Positions 1-8,060 are shown, numbered from the stretch's first letter. The stretch: DNA of 20,000 nt from an uncultured virus (IMG/VR IMGVR_UViG_3300021958_000055) (IMGVR_UViG_3300021958_000055); one strand, 5' to 3'. Notes: generated from the letters alone by a model not told the origin. Numbers and translations: made by a program.

Positions 1-788
1 TATTAACTCAATCTCAAATGAGAATGGAGTTGATTGCAAGAACATTTGCTGAAACTGGTGTTAAAGATCTAGGTATTAAGATATTCGAATTACTTTGCAA
101 ATATCAGCAAAAAGAAAAATTAGTTAGAATTAGAGGTGAGTTTGTTCCTATGACTCCATATGAATGGAGAGATAGAGTTAATCTTTCTGTTAAAGTAGGA
201 TTAGGTACAGGTTCAAAAGAACAACAACTTATCCTTCTTAATGGTATTTTACAAAGACAACTACAAGCTATACAACTACAACAGAATGTATATGGCCCAG
301 TTGTTAATCTTAAAAATATTTATTCTACATTACAAAAACTTGTAGAGAATGCAGGTCTTGGAAGTGTAGAACCATTCTTTATGGATCCTGAAGTAGGTGC
401 TGCACAAATGCCACCACTTCCTCCTAAACCACCAACTGAGTTTGAGAAGGTATCTCTAGCACAAGTACAGGGTGAAAACCAAAGAGCTATATTAGATTCT
501 GAAGTACAAATGAAGAAATTAGAATCTTCATTAAGACAGAAACTATTAGACTTTGAGCTTCAAGTAAAAGAAATGGAGCTTAAATATGGTACTAAAATAA
601 ATGAGCTTGAAATGCGTAACAGATCTATGATAGAACAACAACAAGTTAGACAATCAGGTGATTTGTTTAAAGAGATAATGAAAGGTCAAAAACAATTCTT
701 CGATGGCAAAGGATCTAAACAAACAGATTTCACAAGGGACGAAAGCCCAGCATCTACTGGACGATCCCCTAATGAAAGAGGCGTTTGA
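1..788 (+). CDS. Portal protein, C-terminal part (gene starts upstream of the window)
   Basis: The frame is open from the window edge. It contains V.VGLGTG..EQQ, then ..FF.DP, a Pro-rich linker and a Gln/Glu coiled-coil tail, as in P22-like podovirus portals. It lies directly upstream of scaffold and capsid. Confidence 0.85.
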   Translation, partial: LTQSQMRMELIARTFAETGVKDLGIKIFELLCKYQQKEKLVRIRGEFVPMTPYEWRDRVNLSVKVGLGTGSKEQQLILLNGILQRQLQAIQLQQNVYGPVVNLKNIYSTLQKLVENAGLGSVEPFFMDPEVGAAQMPPLPPKPPTEFEKVSLAQVQGENQRAILDSEVQMKKLESSLRQKLLDFELQVKEMELKYGTKINELEMRNRSMIEQQQVRQSGDLFKEIMKGQKQFFDGKGSKQTDFTRDESPASTGRSPNERGV

Positions 789-972
789 TTATTTAAAAAC
801 TCGTTATAGAGAAGAAATATTCAACACGTCTTATAATGATCACGATCAAAGACAAGTTCTTTGGATGGCCTATAATATGGTCGAAAAAATCAAAGGACAT
901 CTTGAGTCTGTGATGAATGAAGGCAAACTAGCTGCCAAAGAGCTAGATCAACTACAAGACTTAACTAAGTAA
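703..972 (+). CDS. Conserved small phage protein between portal and scaffold
   Basis: 89-aa helical ORF (A..LL.DPL..EAF..L...Y......S...D...R..LW) of the type found at this position in related podoviruses. It overlaps the portal end by 86 nt. Confidence 0.75.
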   Translation: MAKDLNKQISQGTKAQHLLDDPLMKEAFDYLKTRYREEIFNTSYNDHDQRQVLWMAYNMVEKIKGHLESVMNEGKLAAKELDQLQDLTK

Positions 973-985
973 TTAGAAGTCTATT

Positions 986-1024
986 TCGCCAATCCCATTA
1001 AGGAAGCGATCAACCTAAAAGGAG
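986..1024 (+). promoter_or_regulatory. Small bulged hairpin plus Shine-Dalgarno upstream of the scaffold gene
   Basis: TCGC(986-989)/GCGA(1006-1009) and TCC(993-995)/GGA(1002-1004) can pair. AAGGAG at 1019-1024 precedes ATG 1030. Confidence 0.4.
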
Positions 1025-1029
1025 AATCT

Positions 1030-2022
1030 ATGCAAGTAGATAAAACAGTACAAGGTGCTGCTGACAAAATATCAGGATTACTGAATCCTCAAGAAGGACA
1101 ATCAGAACCTGAAAAAAAACAGACAGAACCACAAGAGCAAACACAGGAAAAACCAGTTCAAGAAACTGCACCTGATGTTGTTGAAGAAGTTAGCCAAACC
1201 GAGACTGAGGAAGCTAAACCTGAAACTGAAAGCTCTGAAATAACTGAGACAGAACAAACTGAACAACAAGAAATACAAGAACCTTCACTCCACCGAGTCA
1301 AAGTACAAGGTCAAGAGTTAGAGGTCAGCTTGGACGAATTGAAATCAGGTTATTCAAGAGACTCAGATTATAGACAAAAGACTCATGCTTTAGCTGAGGA
1401 AAGAAAAATCCTTGACGAACAAAAGACAAGTCTTAGTCAAACGTATGACAGTAAGCTAAAAGAATTGAATGATTTAATTGGTGTTGCCAATACATATATC
1501 AGTCAATCATCTGATGTTGATCTTCCAAAATTATATGAAGAAGATCCTACTGCTGCTGCTAAAATAGATTTTCAAATGCGTCAGCAAAGAGAATCTTTTA
1601 ACAAGTTAAGGCAACAAGCTGAAACTGTTAAAGCACAACAGTATAACCAATATCTAGATGAACAAAAAAAGTTAGCTGCAACTAAAATTCCAGAATTTAG
1701 TGATCCACAAAAATCAGTACCATTCAGAAATCAGATGAGATCAACTCTTGCTGATTATGGATTTAATGATCAAGAAATTGGTTCACTAGCAGATCATAGA
1801 TTCCTTATGGTTCTAAAAGATGCTATGGAATTTAAAAACCTTAGAAGCAAACCTGTTACTGCTAAAAAAGTAACAACAGCTCCGAAGGTAGTTAAATCAG
1901 GAACTCCTAAAATGGACGATTCTAGACGTGCTTCTGTTAAACAAAAAATTGGTAGATTGAGAAAGTCAGGTAAACTGAACGATGCTCATTCTGCTATTCT
2001 TGAAATAATCTCAAAAAAATAG
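1030..2022 (+). CDS. Capsid scaffolding protein
   Basis: Acidic E/Q/T-rich N-terminus, VKVQGQELEVSLDELKSGY.R..DY..KT motif, coiled coil and basic C-terminal helix (..LRKSGK..DA...I). Located immediately before the capsid gene. Confidence 0.88.
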   Translation: MQVDKTVQGAADKISGLLNPQEGQSEPEKKQTEPQEQTQEKPVQETAPDVVEEVSQTETEEAKPETESSEITETEQTEQQEIQEPSLHRVKVQGQELEVSLDELKSGYSRDSDYRQKTHALAEERKILDEQKTSLSQTYDSKLKELNDLIGVANTYISQSSDVDLPKLYEEDPTAAAKIDFQMRQQRESFNKLRQQAETVKAQQYNQYLDEQKKLAATKIPEFSDPQKSVPFRNQMRSTLADYGFNDQEIGSLADHRFLMVLKDAMEFKNLRSKPVTAKKVTTAPKVVKSGTPKMDDSRRASVKQKIGRLRKSGKLNDAHSAILEIISKK

Positions 2023-2031
2023 GAAAATAAC

Positions 2032-2979
2032 ATGGCACAACCAACAAACACATTTGATACGTACGATGCAGTAGGTATCAGAGAAGATCTACAGGATGTT
2101 ATTTACTCAATTTCTCCAACTGAAACTCCTTTCATGAGTGCAGCTGCGAGAGAGCAAGTAAAAAATACATTCCACGAGTGGCAAACAGATTCATTAGCGG
2201 CTGCTGCAACTAACAATGCAGTAATCGAAGGTGATGAAGCTACTCTTGATGCATCAACTGCTACTACAAGAATCGGTAACTACACACAGATTATGGATAA
2301 GACTGTTGTTATTACTGGTACACAAGAAGCAGTAGACAAAGCTGGTAGAGCAAGTGAGCTTGCATACCAAATCGCTAAAAAATCTAAAGAGTTAAAAAGA
2401 GACATCGAGTCTACTTTATTAACTAACCAAGCAAGAGCAGCTGGTAACTCATCAACTGCTAGAACATTTGCTTCTATCGGTGCTTGGATTGCAACGAACG
2501 ATGACTTCGGTGCTAGTGGATCATCTCCAACAGCATCCGATGGTTCTGACGCTAGAAATGACGGAACTCAAAGAGCTTTAACTGAAGCTCAATTGAAAGG
2601 CGTTATTAAAAACTGTTGGAACGCAGGTGGTAACCCATCTGTAATCATGGTAGGCCCATTCAACAAACAGAAAATCTCAGGATTTACTGGTGGATCTACT
2701 AGATTCGATGCATCTGAAGATAAGACTTTATACACTTCAATCGATGTGTATTCATCTGACTTCGGTGATTTAGAAGTAGTACCTAACAGATTCTCTAGAG
2801 AAAGAGATGCTTTAGTCCTAGATATGGACTACTGGTCTGTAGGGTTCTTAAGAGACTTCACAATGCATGAACTTTCAAAAACTGGTGACTCAGAGAAAAG
2901 ACAACTACTTGTTGAGCTTACTATGATCTCTAGAAATGAAGGTGCTTCAGGTGGAGTATTCGACTTAACAACTTCATAA
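2032..2979 (+). CDS. Major capsid protein (DUF5309/SU10-like, HK97 fold inferred)
   Basis: Motifs G.REDL.D.IY.ISPTETPF, HEWQTDSL, NYTQI..K, K..KELKRD.E, Y.SDFG...VVPNRF and L.KTGDSEK recognised as typical of this capsid family. Confidence 0.93.
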   Translation: MAQPTNTFDTYDAVGIREDLQDVIYSISPTETPFMSAAAREQVKNTFHEWQTDSLAAAATNNAVIEGDEATLDASTATTRIGNYTQIMDKTVVITGTQEAVDKAGRASELAYQIAKKSKELKRDIESTLLTNQARAAGNSSTARTFASIGAWIATNDDFGASGSSPTASDGSDARNDGTQRALTEAQLKGVIKNCWNAGGNPSVIMVGPFNKQKISGFTGGSTRFDASEDKTLYTSIDVYSSDFGDLEVVPNRFSRERDALVLDMDYWSVGFLRDFTMHELSKTGDSEKRQLLVELTMISRNEGASGGVFDLTTS

Positions 2980-2986
2980 TATATAA

Positions 2987-3063
2987 ATACTTGGGGGGAG
3001 TAATCCCAATATATACTTCCCCCAGTATCAATCTTGACTATGAAGTCTTATGGGATTATAGAC
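2987..3063 (+). promoter_or_regulatory. Structured intergenic RNA element after the capsid gene (long hairpin whose loop is complementary to a downstream segment)
   Basis: Stem 2987-3002/3014-3028 (15 bp with one bulge and one G-U). TAATCCCA (3001-3008) is the exact reverse complement of TGGGATTA (3051-3058). No U-tract follows. Confidence 0.6.
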
Positions 3064-3085
3064 GGAACGTAGAAGGAGAATAAAA

Positions 3086-3433
3086 ATGAGAACATTAAAC
3101 GACTATTTTTTAACAGCAAAAGTTACTGACATTAGTACAGCAGGATCTACATTCGTAGCTGTACCTGACGGTGGTAATATTGTTAAAATTATAACAACAA
3201 TTAAGAATGCTATTACAACAGCTGATGCTGCTATAACATTTGAAATTGGTGGAACTGCCGTTACTAATGGTGCAATCACAGTTACACAATCAGGCTCTGC
3301 TGCTGGCGATGTTGATACATCTGTACCAACTGCTGCAAACAGAGTAGAAGAAGATGGAACTATCGAAATTATTTCTGATGGATCATCTGCAACTGCTTGT
3401 GAAATGATTGTTACATTCGTAATAAGAAGATAA
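3086..3433 (+). CDS. Putative head decoration / minor virion protein
   Basis: 115-aa Thr/Ala/Gly-rich, beta-rich ORF with a strong AAGGAG RBS, first gene after the capsid. Function inferred from position and composition. Confidence 0.6.
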   Translation: MRTLNDYFLTAKVTDISTAGSTFVAVPDGGNIVKIITTIKNAITTADAAITFEIGGTAVTNGAITVTQSGSAAGDVDTSVPTAANRVEEDGTIEIISDGSSATACEMIVTFVIRR

Positions 3434-3440
3434 TTAATTA

Positions 3441-3458
3441 GGGGGTGGCAACACCCCC
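3441..3458 (+). promoter_or_regulatory. GC-rich hairpin with GNRA tetraloop (stabiliser, processing signal or atypical terminator)
   Basis: GGGGGTG-GCAA-CACCCCC is a perfect 7-bp stem. It is followed by an RBS (AAGGAG) rather than a U-tract. Confidence 0.7.
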
Positions 3459-3475
3459 AACTAAAGGAGAAATAA

Positions 3476-3742
3476 ATGCACATAGCAATGAGACCAACAA
3501 CAACAGAAAAATTAACATCTACAGGTACATCATCTCAGACAGCTGCTTTTGCTGATAATATAGAATACGTTAGAGTAGTATCTGATGCTGCTGTTCATAT
3601 TGAGTTTGGTGTTAATCCAACAGCAACAGCATCTACAATTTATGTACCAGCTGATGATATTGAATACTTCAAAGTTTCAGCAGGTGAAAAACTAGCTGCT
3701 ATTGGTTCAGCAAATGTTTACGTAACTCAATTAAGTGAATAA
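3476..3742 (+). CDS. Small beta-rich putative virion/head protein
   Basis: 88 aa with a strong RBS. The pattern YVRV.....VHI.FG.NPTAT......PA...EYF.V..GEK.A.I resembles small structural proteins of head modules. Confidence 0.6.
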   Translation: MHIAMRPTTTEKLTSTGTSSQTAAFADNIEYVRVVSDAAVHIEFGVNPTATASTIYVPADDIEYFKVSAGEKLAAIGSANVYVTQLSE

Positions 3743-4068
3743 TGAGTATACTGAGAGATCAGGAATCTGACGGAACTAAATACTTCGTAGAAGCTGATGG
3801 AAAAATAACAGTTAAAAGATCACAAGACGTTAATCCTATTCTTCAAAAGAATAAAAGATTATATAACCTTAATGATGGTTATTCTCAAACAAAAGATATT
3901 AAACGTGTAGCTAGTATTCCAACTATGGTTTTAGAACTATGGGCTAGAGAATATAATGGAACTAATAATTGGTGGAGAATACCAAAAGAAGAAAGAACAA
4001 AGATTTTAAAGTTAAAATTAAACAGTAGCGAATATCGTTATTTTAGAACAGCATCAGGAAGAATGTAA
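3742..4068 (+). CDS. Conserved phage head-module protein of unknown function
   Basis: TAATG coupling to the upstream gene. Motifs QDV.PIL..NK, RVASIP..V...W and LN..EYRYFRT..G. Confidence 0.7.
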   Translation: MSILRDQESDGTKYFVEADGKITVKRSQDVNPILQKNKRLYNLNDGYSQTKDIKRVASIPTMVLELWAREYNGTNNWWRIPKEERTKILKLKLNSSEYRYFRTASGRM

Positions 4069-4733
4069 TGGCATTATCAACATATACAGAACTTAAATCA
4101 TCAATAGCAAATTTCTTAAATAGATCAGATTTAACAACTGAGATACAAGATGATTTTATAAAACTTACTGAAGCTGATTTTAATGCTAAGCTACGTATAA
4201 GACAAATGGAACAGAATGATGATGTTACAATTAATGCTGAAACAGTTGCAGTACCATCAGGATTTATTGCTGTAAGATCATTTCATATATTATCAGCTGA
4301 TACTAAGTATCATTTAGAATATATAACACCAGGAAATTTATTTGAAATCAAAGGAGGATCTACATCAGGTATGCCAAGAACATACACGATAGAGTCTGAT
4401 AATGGAACAGAAAGTTTTAGATTTGCCCCACAACCTGACACAAGCTATACAGGAAAGCTTCAATACTATAAAGCTTTTGATGCTTTATCTGATAGCAATA
4501 CAACTAATTACATTTTATCTAGCCATCCTTCTATTTACTTATATGGCTCATTGTATCACGCAAGTAATTTCATCGGTGGTATCGATCCTAACCAAACGCA
4601 ACAATGGCTAGGTATGTATTCAGCATCTCTTGAGAGATGTGAGAATAACGATAGACAAGATTCATATGGATCTGCACCTGTTGTTCAAAGAACAGACGTA
4701 AGTACAGATCTATCATTCTATAGGAGAAAATAA
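4068..4733 (+). CDS. Head-tail adaptor / tail tubular protein A-like
   Basis: Y.ELK.SIA.FLNRSDLT...DFI.L.EA.....LR.R.ME, FAP.PD..Y...L.YY and L..HP.IYLYGSL. Position before the nozzle-like gene. Confidence 0.8.
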   Translation: MALSTYTELKSSIANFLNRSDLTTEIQDDFIKLTEADFNAKLRIRQMEQNDDVTINAETVAVPSGFIAVRSFHILSADTKYHLEYITPGNLFEIKGGSTSGMPRTYTIESDNGTESFRFAPQPDTSYTGKLQYYKAFDALSDSNTTNYILSSHPSIYLYGSLYHASNFIGGIDPNQTQQWLGMYSASLERCENNDRQDSYGSAPVVQRTDVSTDLSFYRRK

Positions 4734-6199
4734 TGCAGATACCTTTTGGAGAGTGGCTACCTGATCAACCTAAACATTTGAATCCAGGTGCTAACGTAGC
4801 AACAAATGTATATTATGCATTAAATTCTTATAAAAGATTTCCTTCATTGGTAAGCTATAGTTCTAATAATATTGGAGCTGATGCTAGAGGTGGTGGATCA
4901 TTTAGAGATAATGCTGGTAATGTATATAACTTTGTTGCAAAGAATACAGACATCTATCAATTAGATGGTGGTACATTTACTTCTAGAAAAGGATCTCTTA
5001 CAGGTACAAATACAGACTACTGGACATTTACACAGTTTGGTAATTATGTGATAGCAAGTAATGGTGTTGATGCACCTCAATATTATTTAATGGGAACATC
5101 AACTAATTTTGCTAATCTTTCAGCAATAGCAACATCTGGAACTGTACCTACATTTAGAGTTTCAGGTGTAGTTAGAGATTTTTTAATAACAGGTAATCAA
5201 CCTACAAATCAAAATAGAATACAATGGTCAGGTATCAATGACATTACTACTTGGTTAGCAGGAACTAAACAAGCTGATCAACAAGATCTACCAGGTTCAG
5301 GTGGTGAGATTGTACATATAACTTCAGGCGAATATGGATATGTTTTTAGACAAAATCAAATCATTCGTATGGACTATGTGGGTGGTGCAACAGTATTTAG
5401 ATTATCAGTTATATCTCCTAATAGAGGAGCTGTTTATGGTAAGACTGTAGCACAAGATAATAGACGAGTTTTCTTCTATGCTGATGACGGATTTTTTGAA
5501 ATACAAGGAGATAGTGTTATCTCAATAGGAGCTGAGAAAGTTAATAGATTTTTTGACCTTGATTTAAACAAGGCATTTGCTGATAGAATATGTGCAGCTG
5601 TAGACCCATTTAATCAATTAGTTATGTGGCTTTATCCATCAGCACAAAATACTAATAATACAACTGGTATTTGTGATAGAATTATCATATATAATTATGC
5701 TACTAAAAAGTGGTCTCTAGCAGAAGCTAATGCTAGTTTTATATTTAGCCAGTTTGTAGGAGCTTATACAGTAGAGCTTATGGATATTATCTCTCAAAAC
5801 CTTGAGAATATTAATATAGCTTTAGATACTGATTTTTGGTCAGGTGGACAAAGGTTTTTAGGAGCTATAAATAACTCTTACGAAGCTGCAATTTTCAGTG
5901 GAACTTCTAATGAATCTGAGATAGAGACTTCAGAAGTTGAGATATTTCCTGGTCATAGATCTTCTATAACTGGTGTTAGACCAATAGTAGATGCTCAAGC
6001 AACTGTAACTATTAAAACTAGAGATAGACTTGCAGATACAGAAACAGAATCTAGCTCAGCGACTATGACAAATAGTGGTATTAATCCTGTAAGACAATCA
6101 GGAAGATACTTTAGAGCAAATGTCAAAGTACCAAGTGGTACGATATTTAATCATGGTCAAGGGATAGATATAACATTTGTTAAAGCAGGTTTAAGATAA
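4733..6199 (+). CDS. Tail nozzle / head-closure protein (tail tubular B or P22 gp10-like)
   Basis: 488 aa starting IPFGEWLPDQP, with repeated beta-propeller-like segments (W.FTQFG, RIQWSGIND, QDLPG.GG, FF.A.DGF) and ending RQSGRY.R. Confidence 0.8.
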   Translation: MQIPFGEWLPDQPKHLNPGANVATNVYYALNSYKRFPSLVSYSSNNIGADARGGGSFRDNAGNVYNFVAKNTDIYQLDGGTFTSRKGSLTGTNTDYWTFTQFGNYVIASNGVDAPQYYLMGTSTNFANLSAIATSGTVPTFRVSGVVRDFLITGNQPTNQNRIQWSGINDITTWLAGTKQADQQDLPGSGGEIVHITSGEYGYVFRQNQIIRMDYVGGATVFRLSVISPNRGAVYGKTVAQDNRRVFFYADDGFFEIQGDSVISIGAEKVNRFFDLDLNKAFADRICAAVDPFNQLVMWLYPSAQNTNNTTGICDRIIIYNYATKKWSLAEANASFIFSQFVGAYTVELMDIISQNLENINIALDTDFWSGGQRFLGAINNSYEAAIFSGTSNESEIETSEVEIFPGHRSSITGVRPIVDAQATVTIKTRDRLADTETESSSATMTNSGINPVRQSGRYFRANVKVPSGTIFNHGQGIDITFVKAGLR

Positions 6200-6288
6200 T
6201 GAAATTTATTTTAGGTTTAATAGAAAAATATTCATCTAAGTTAAATGTTTGGGCTTGGAATAAAAGATGGAATAAACGTGACAGATAG
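6199..6288 (+). CDS. Unannotated 29-aa Trp/Lys-rich micropeptide MKFILGLIEKYSSKLNVWAWNKRWNKRDR
   Basis: ATG overlaps the upstream TAA (TAATG) and the ORF fills the gap between flanking genes. It shares 13/23 identical residues, without gaps, with the peptide at 19719. Confidence 0.75.
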   Translation: MKFILGLIEKYSSKLNVWAWNKRWNKRDR

Positions 6289-6427
6289 AACAGATATAGA
6301 TAACGTAAGATATAGTTTTGAGACACAAGAGTTTTTTCAAAGACAAATTGAAGAAGCTATTAACACATTAATTAACGAAAAAAATACAGAAAATAATAAA
6401 GCATATGCTTGGTTTATAGGAGAATAA
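6278..6427 (+). CDS. Small tail-associated protein (49 aa; GTG start at 6278 preferred over ATG 6245)
   Basis: In-frame GTG at 6278 is preceded by GGA and overlaps the end of the micropeptide. Helical acidic peptide ending AYAWFIGE. Confidence 0.65.
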   Translation: MTDRTDIDNVRYSFETQEFFQRQIEEAINTLINEKNTENNKAYAWFIGE

Positions 6428-6428
6428 A

Positions 6429-8060
6429 ATGGCAGGTATAAAAGATTATAGTACAACAGCAGCAAGTAATACTTCAGTAGGAGGTGTTTCTATAGCTGAA
6501 GGTATGTTACCTTCAAATATTAATAATGCATTTAGAGCTATTACTGCTGATATTAGAGAATGGTTTAATGATTCACAATGGGTAGAATATGGTGATGGTG
6601 ATGGAGCATTTACAGCTGCATACGCATCTTCAACTTCTTTTACAATTGCAGGAACTGATGTTACATCTTTCTATCATGCTGGTAGAAGAATTAAATTAAC
6701 TGCAACAACTCCAGGTACAATTTTTGGAACAATATCTAGTTCTTCATTTTCTACAAACACAACAGTAAATGTAACTTGGGATAGTGGATCTTTATCTAAT
6801 GAAGCAATCTCAAATGTATATGTAGGTATTTTATCTAAAACTAATGATGCTATTCCAACAGGTATTGGAGCAACAAAAATTGCTGATGGTTCAGTATCTG
6901 ATACAGAGTTTCAACATCTTAATGGTGTTACTTCAGCTATTCAAACACAATTAAATGCTAAACAAGCAACTATTACTGGATCTGCTACAACAATAGATAC
7001 AGAGTCTTTAACAGCTAATAGAGCTGTAATATCTAACGGATCTCAAAAGATTGCAGTATCAGCTACAACAGATACTGAATTAGGATATTTATCAGGAACT
7101 ACATCTGCTGTTCAAACTCAATTAGATGCAAAAAATGTAAAAGCAAATAATTTAAGTGATGTTGCTTCAGCTTCAACAGCAAGAACAAACTTAGGTTTAG
7201 CTATAGGAAGTGATGTTCAAGCATATGATGCACAGTTAGCTGATATTGCAGGATTAACTCCAACAGACAGTAATTTTATTGTAGGAGATGGATCTAATTT
7301 TACAACAGAAACTGGAGCAACTGCTAGAACTTCTTTAGGACTTGGAACGATTGCAACTCAAGATGCTAATAGTGTTGCTATAACAGGTGGATCAGTAACA
7401 GGTATGTCTGCACCTTCATCAGCATCAGATGTAACAACAAAAAGTTATGTAGATGATTTAGTTGCAGGACTTAAAACTAGAATTATTACAAGAGTAGCAA
7501 CAACAGCAAACGTAAACTTATCAAATGCTTTAGAAAATGGTGATACTTTAGATGGAATTTCACTAGCAACAGGTAATAAAGTTTTAGTTAAAAATCAAAC
7601 AGATGCTACAGAAAATGGTATTTATTTAGTTCCAGCAAGTGGTGCAGCAAGTAGAGATCCAGATTTTAATACAGTAGATGAATTAGCTGGTCAGCTTGTT
7701 ATCATACAAGAAGGAACAACAAACGAAGATACAATATTTTTATGTACAACAGATACTGGTGGTAGCATTGGTAGTGTAAATATTACATTTACACAAGTAC
7801 AACCTCAGTTTACTGGAACAGTAAGTTCAGTAGCTGTAGCAGACGCAGGATCATCAGAATTTACAGTAACAGGTTCTCCAATAACTACATCAGGAACAAT
7901 TAATTTAGCAGTTAATAGTATATCAGCAGCTAAAATTGGTAATGGAGACGTAGATAATACAGAATTAAGTTATGTAAATGGAGTAACTTCAGCAATACAA
8001 ACACAAATAGATAATAAAGCTGGAGCAGGATTTGCGATTGCAATGGCGATAGCATTATAA
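6429..8060 (+). CDS. Long tail fibre protein
   Basis: Ser/Thr/Gly/Ala-rich. N-terminal I.DYSTTA..N......IAEGMLPS.INNA.R anchor, three TE..(Y/H)L.G.TSA.QTQ repeats, ARTNLGL/ARTSLGL repeats, an RVATT.N...DG......VLVKNQT..TENGIY fibre module and a C-terminal GFAIAMAIAL. Confidence 0.85.
   Translation: MAGIKDYSTTAASNTSVGGVSIAEGMLPSNINNAFRAITADIREWFNDSQWVEYGDGDGAFTAAYASSTSFTIAGTDVTSFYHAGRRIKLTATTPGTIFGTISSSSFSTNTTVNVTWDSGSLSNEAISNVYVGILSKTNDAIPTGIGATKIADGSVSDTEFQHLNGVTSAIQTQLNAKQATITGSATTIDTESLTANRAVISNGSQKIAVSATTDTELGYLSGTTSAVQTQLDAKNVKANNLSDVASASTARTNLGLAIGSDVQAYDAQLADIAGLTPTDSNFIVGDGSNFTTETGATARTSLGLGTIATQDANSVAITGGSVTGMSAPSSASDVTTKSYVDDLVAGLKTRIITRVATTANVNLSNALENGDTLDGISLATGNKVLVKNQTDATENGIYLVPASGAASRDPDFNTVDELAGQLVIIQEGTTNEDTIFLCTTDTGGSIGSVNITFTQVQPQFTGTVSSVAVADAGSSEFTVTGSPITTSGTINLAVNSISAAKIGNGDVDNTELSYVNGVTSAIQTQIDNKAGAGFAIAMAIAL

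Noticed and set aside
2020..2034. Scaffold TAG is in frame with the capsid ATG (TAG GAA AAT AAC ATG), suggesting readthrough fusion or amber recoding
   Set aside because: One-in-three chance. The TAG stops here and at 9144 and 10135 are explained as part of the next gene's (T)AGGA(G) RBS, and ORFs are full length in the standard code.
2960..3086. Pseudoknot-stimulated readthrough or frameshift extending the capsid (T7 10B-like)
   Set aside because: In-frame readthrough stops at TAA 3001-3003. The frame of the next gene is closed by TAG 3059-3061, and no slippery heptamer is evident.
3103..3483. 126-aa minus-strand ORF
   Set aside because: Antisense shadow of 3086..3433. It runs through the hairpin and RBS, and all credible genes are on the + strand.
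4402..4611. 69-aa alternative-frame ORF inside the adaptor gene
   Set aside because: Fully nested, no clear RBS, and has the Leu/Ile-rich composition typical of off-frame AT-rich sequence.
6245..6277. ORF-track start at ATG 6245
   Set aside because: No RBS, and it lies inside the micropeptide ORF. GTG 6278 with upstream GGA fits better.
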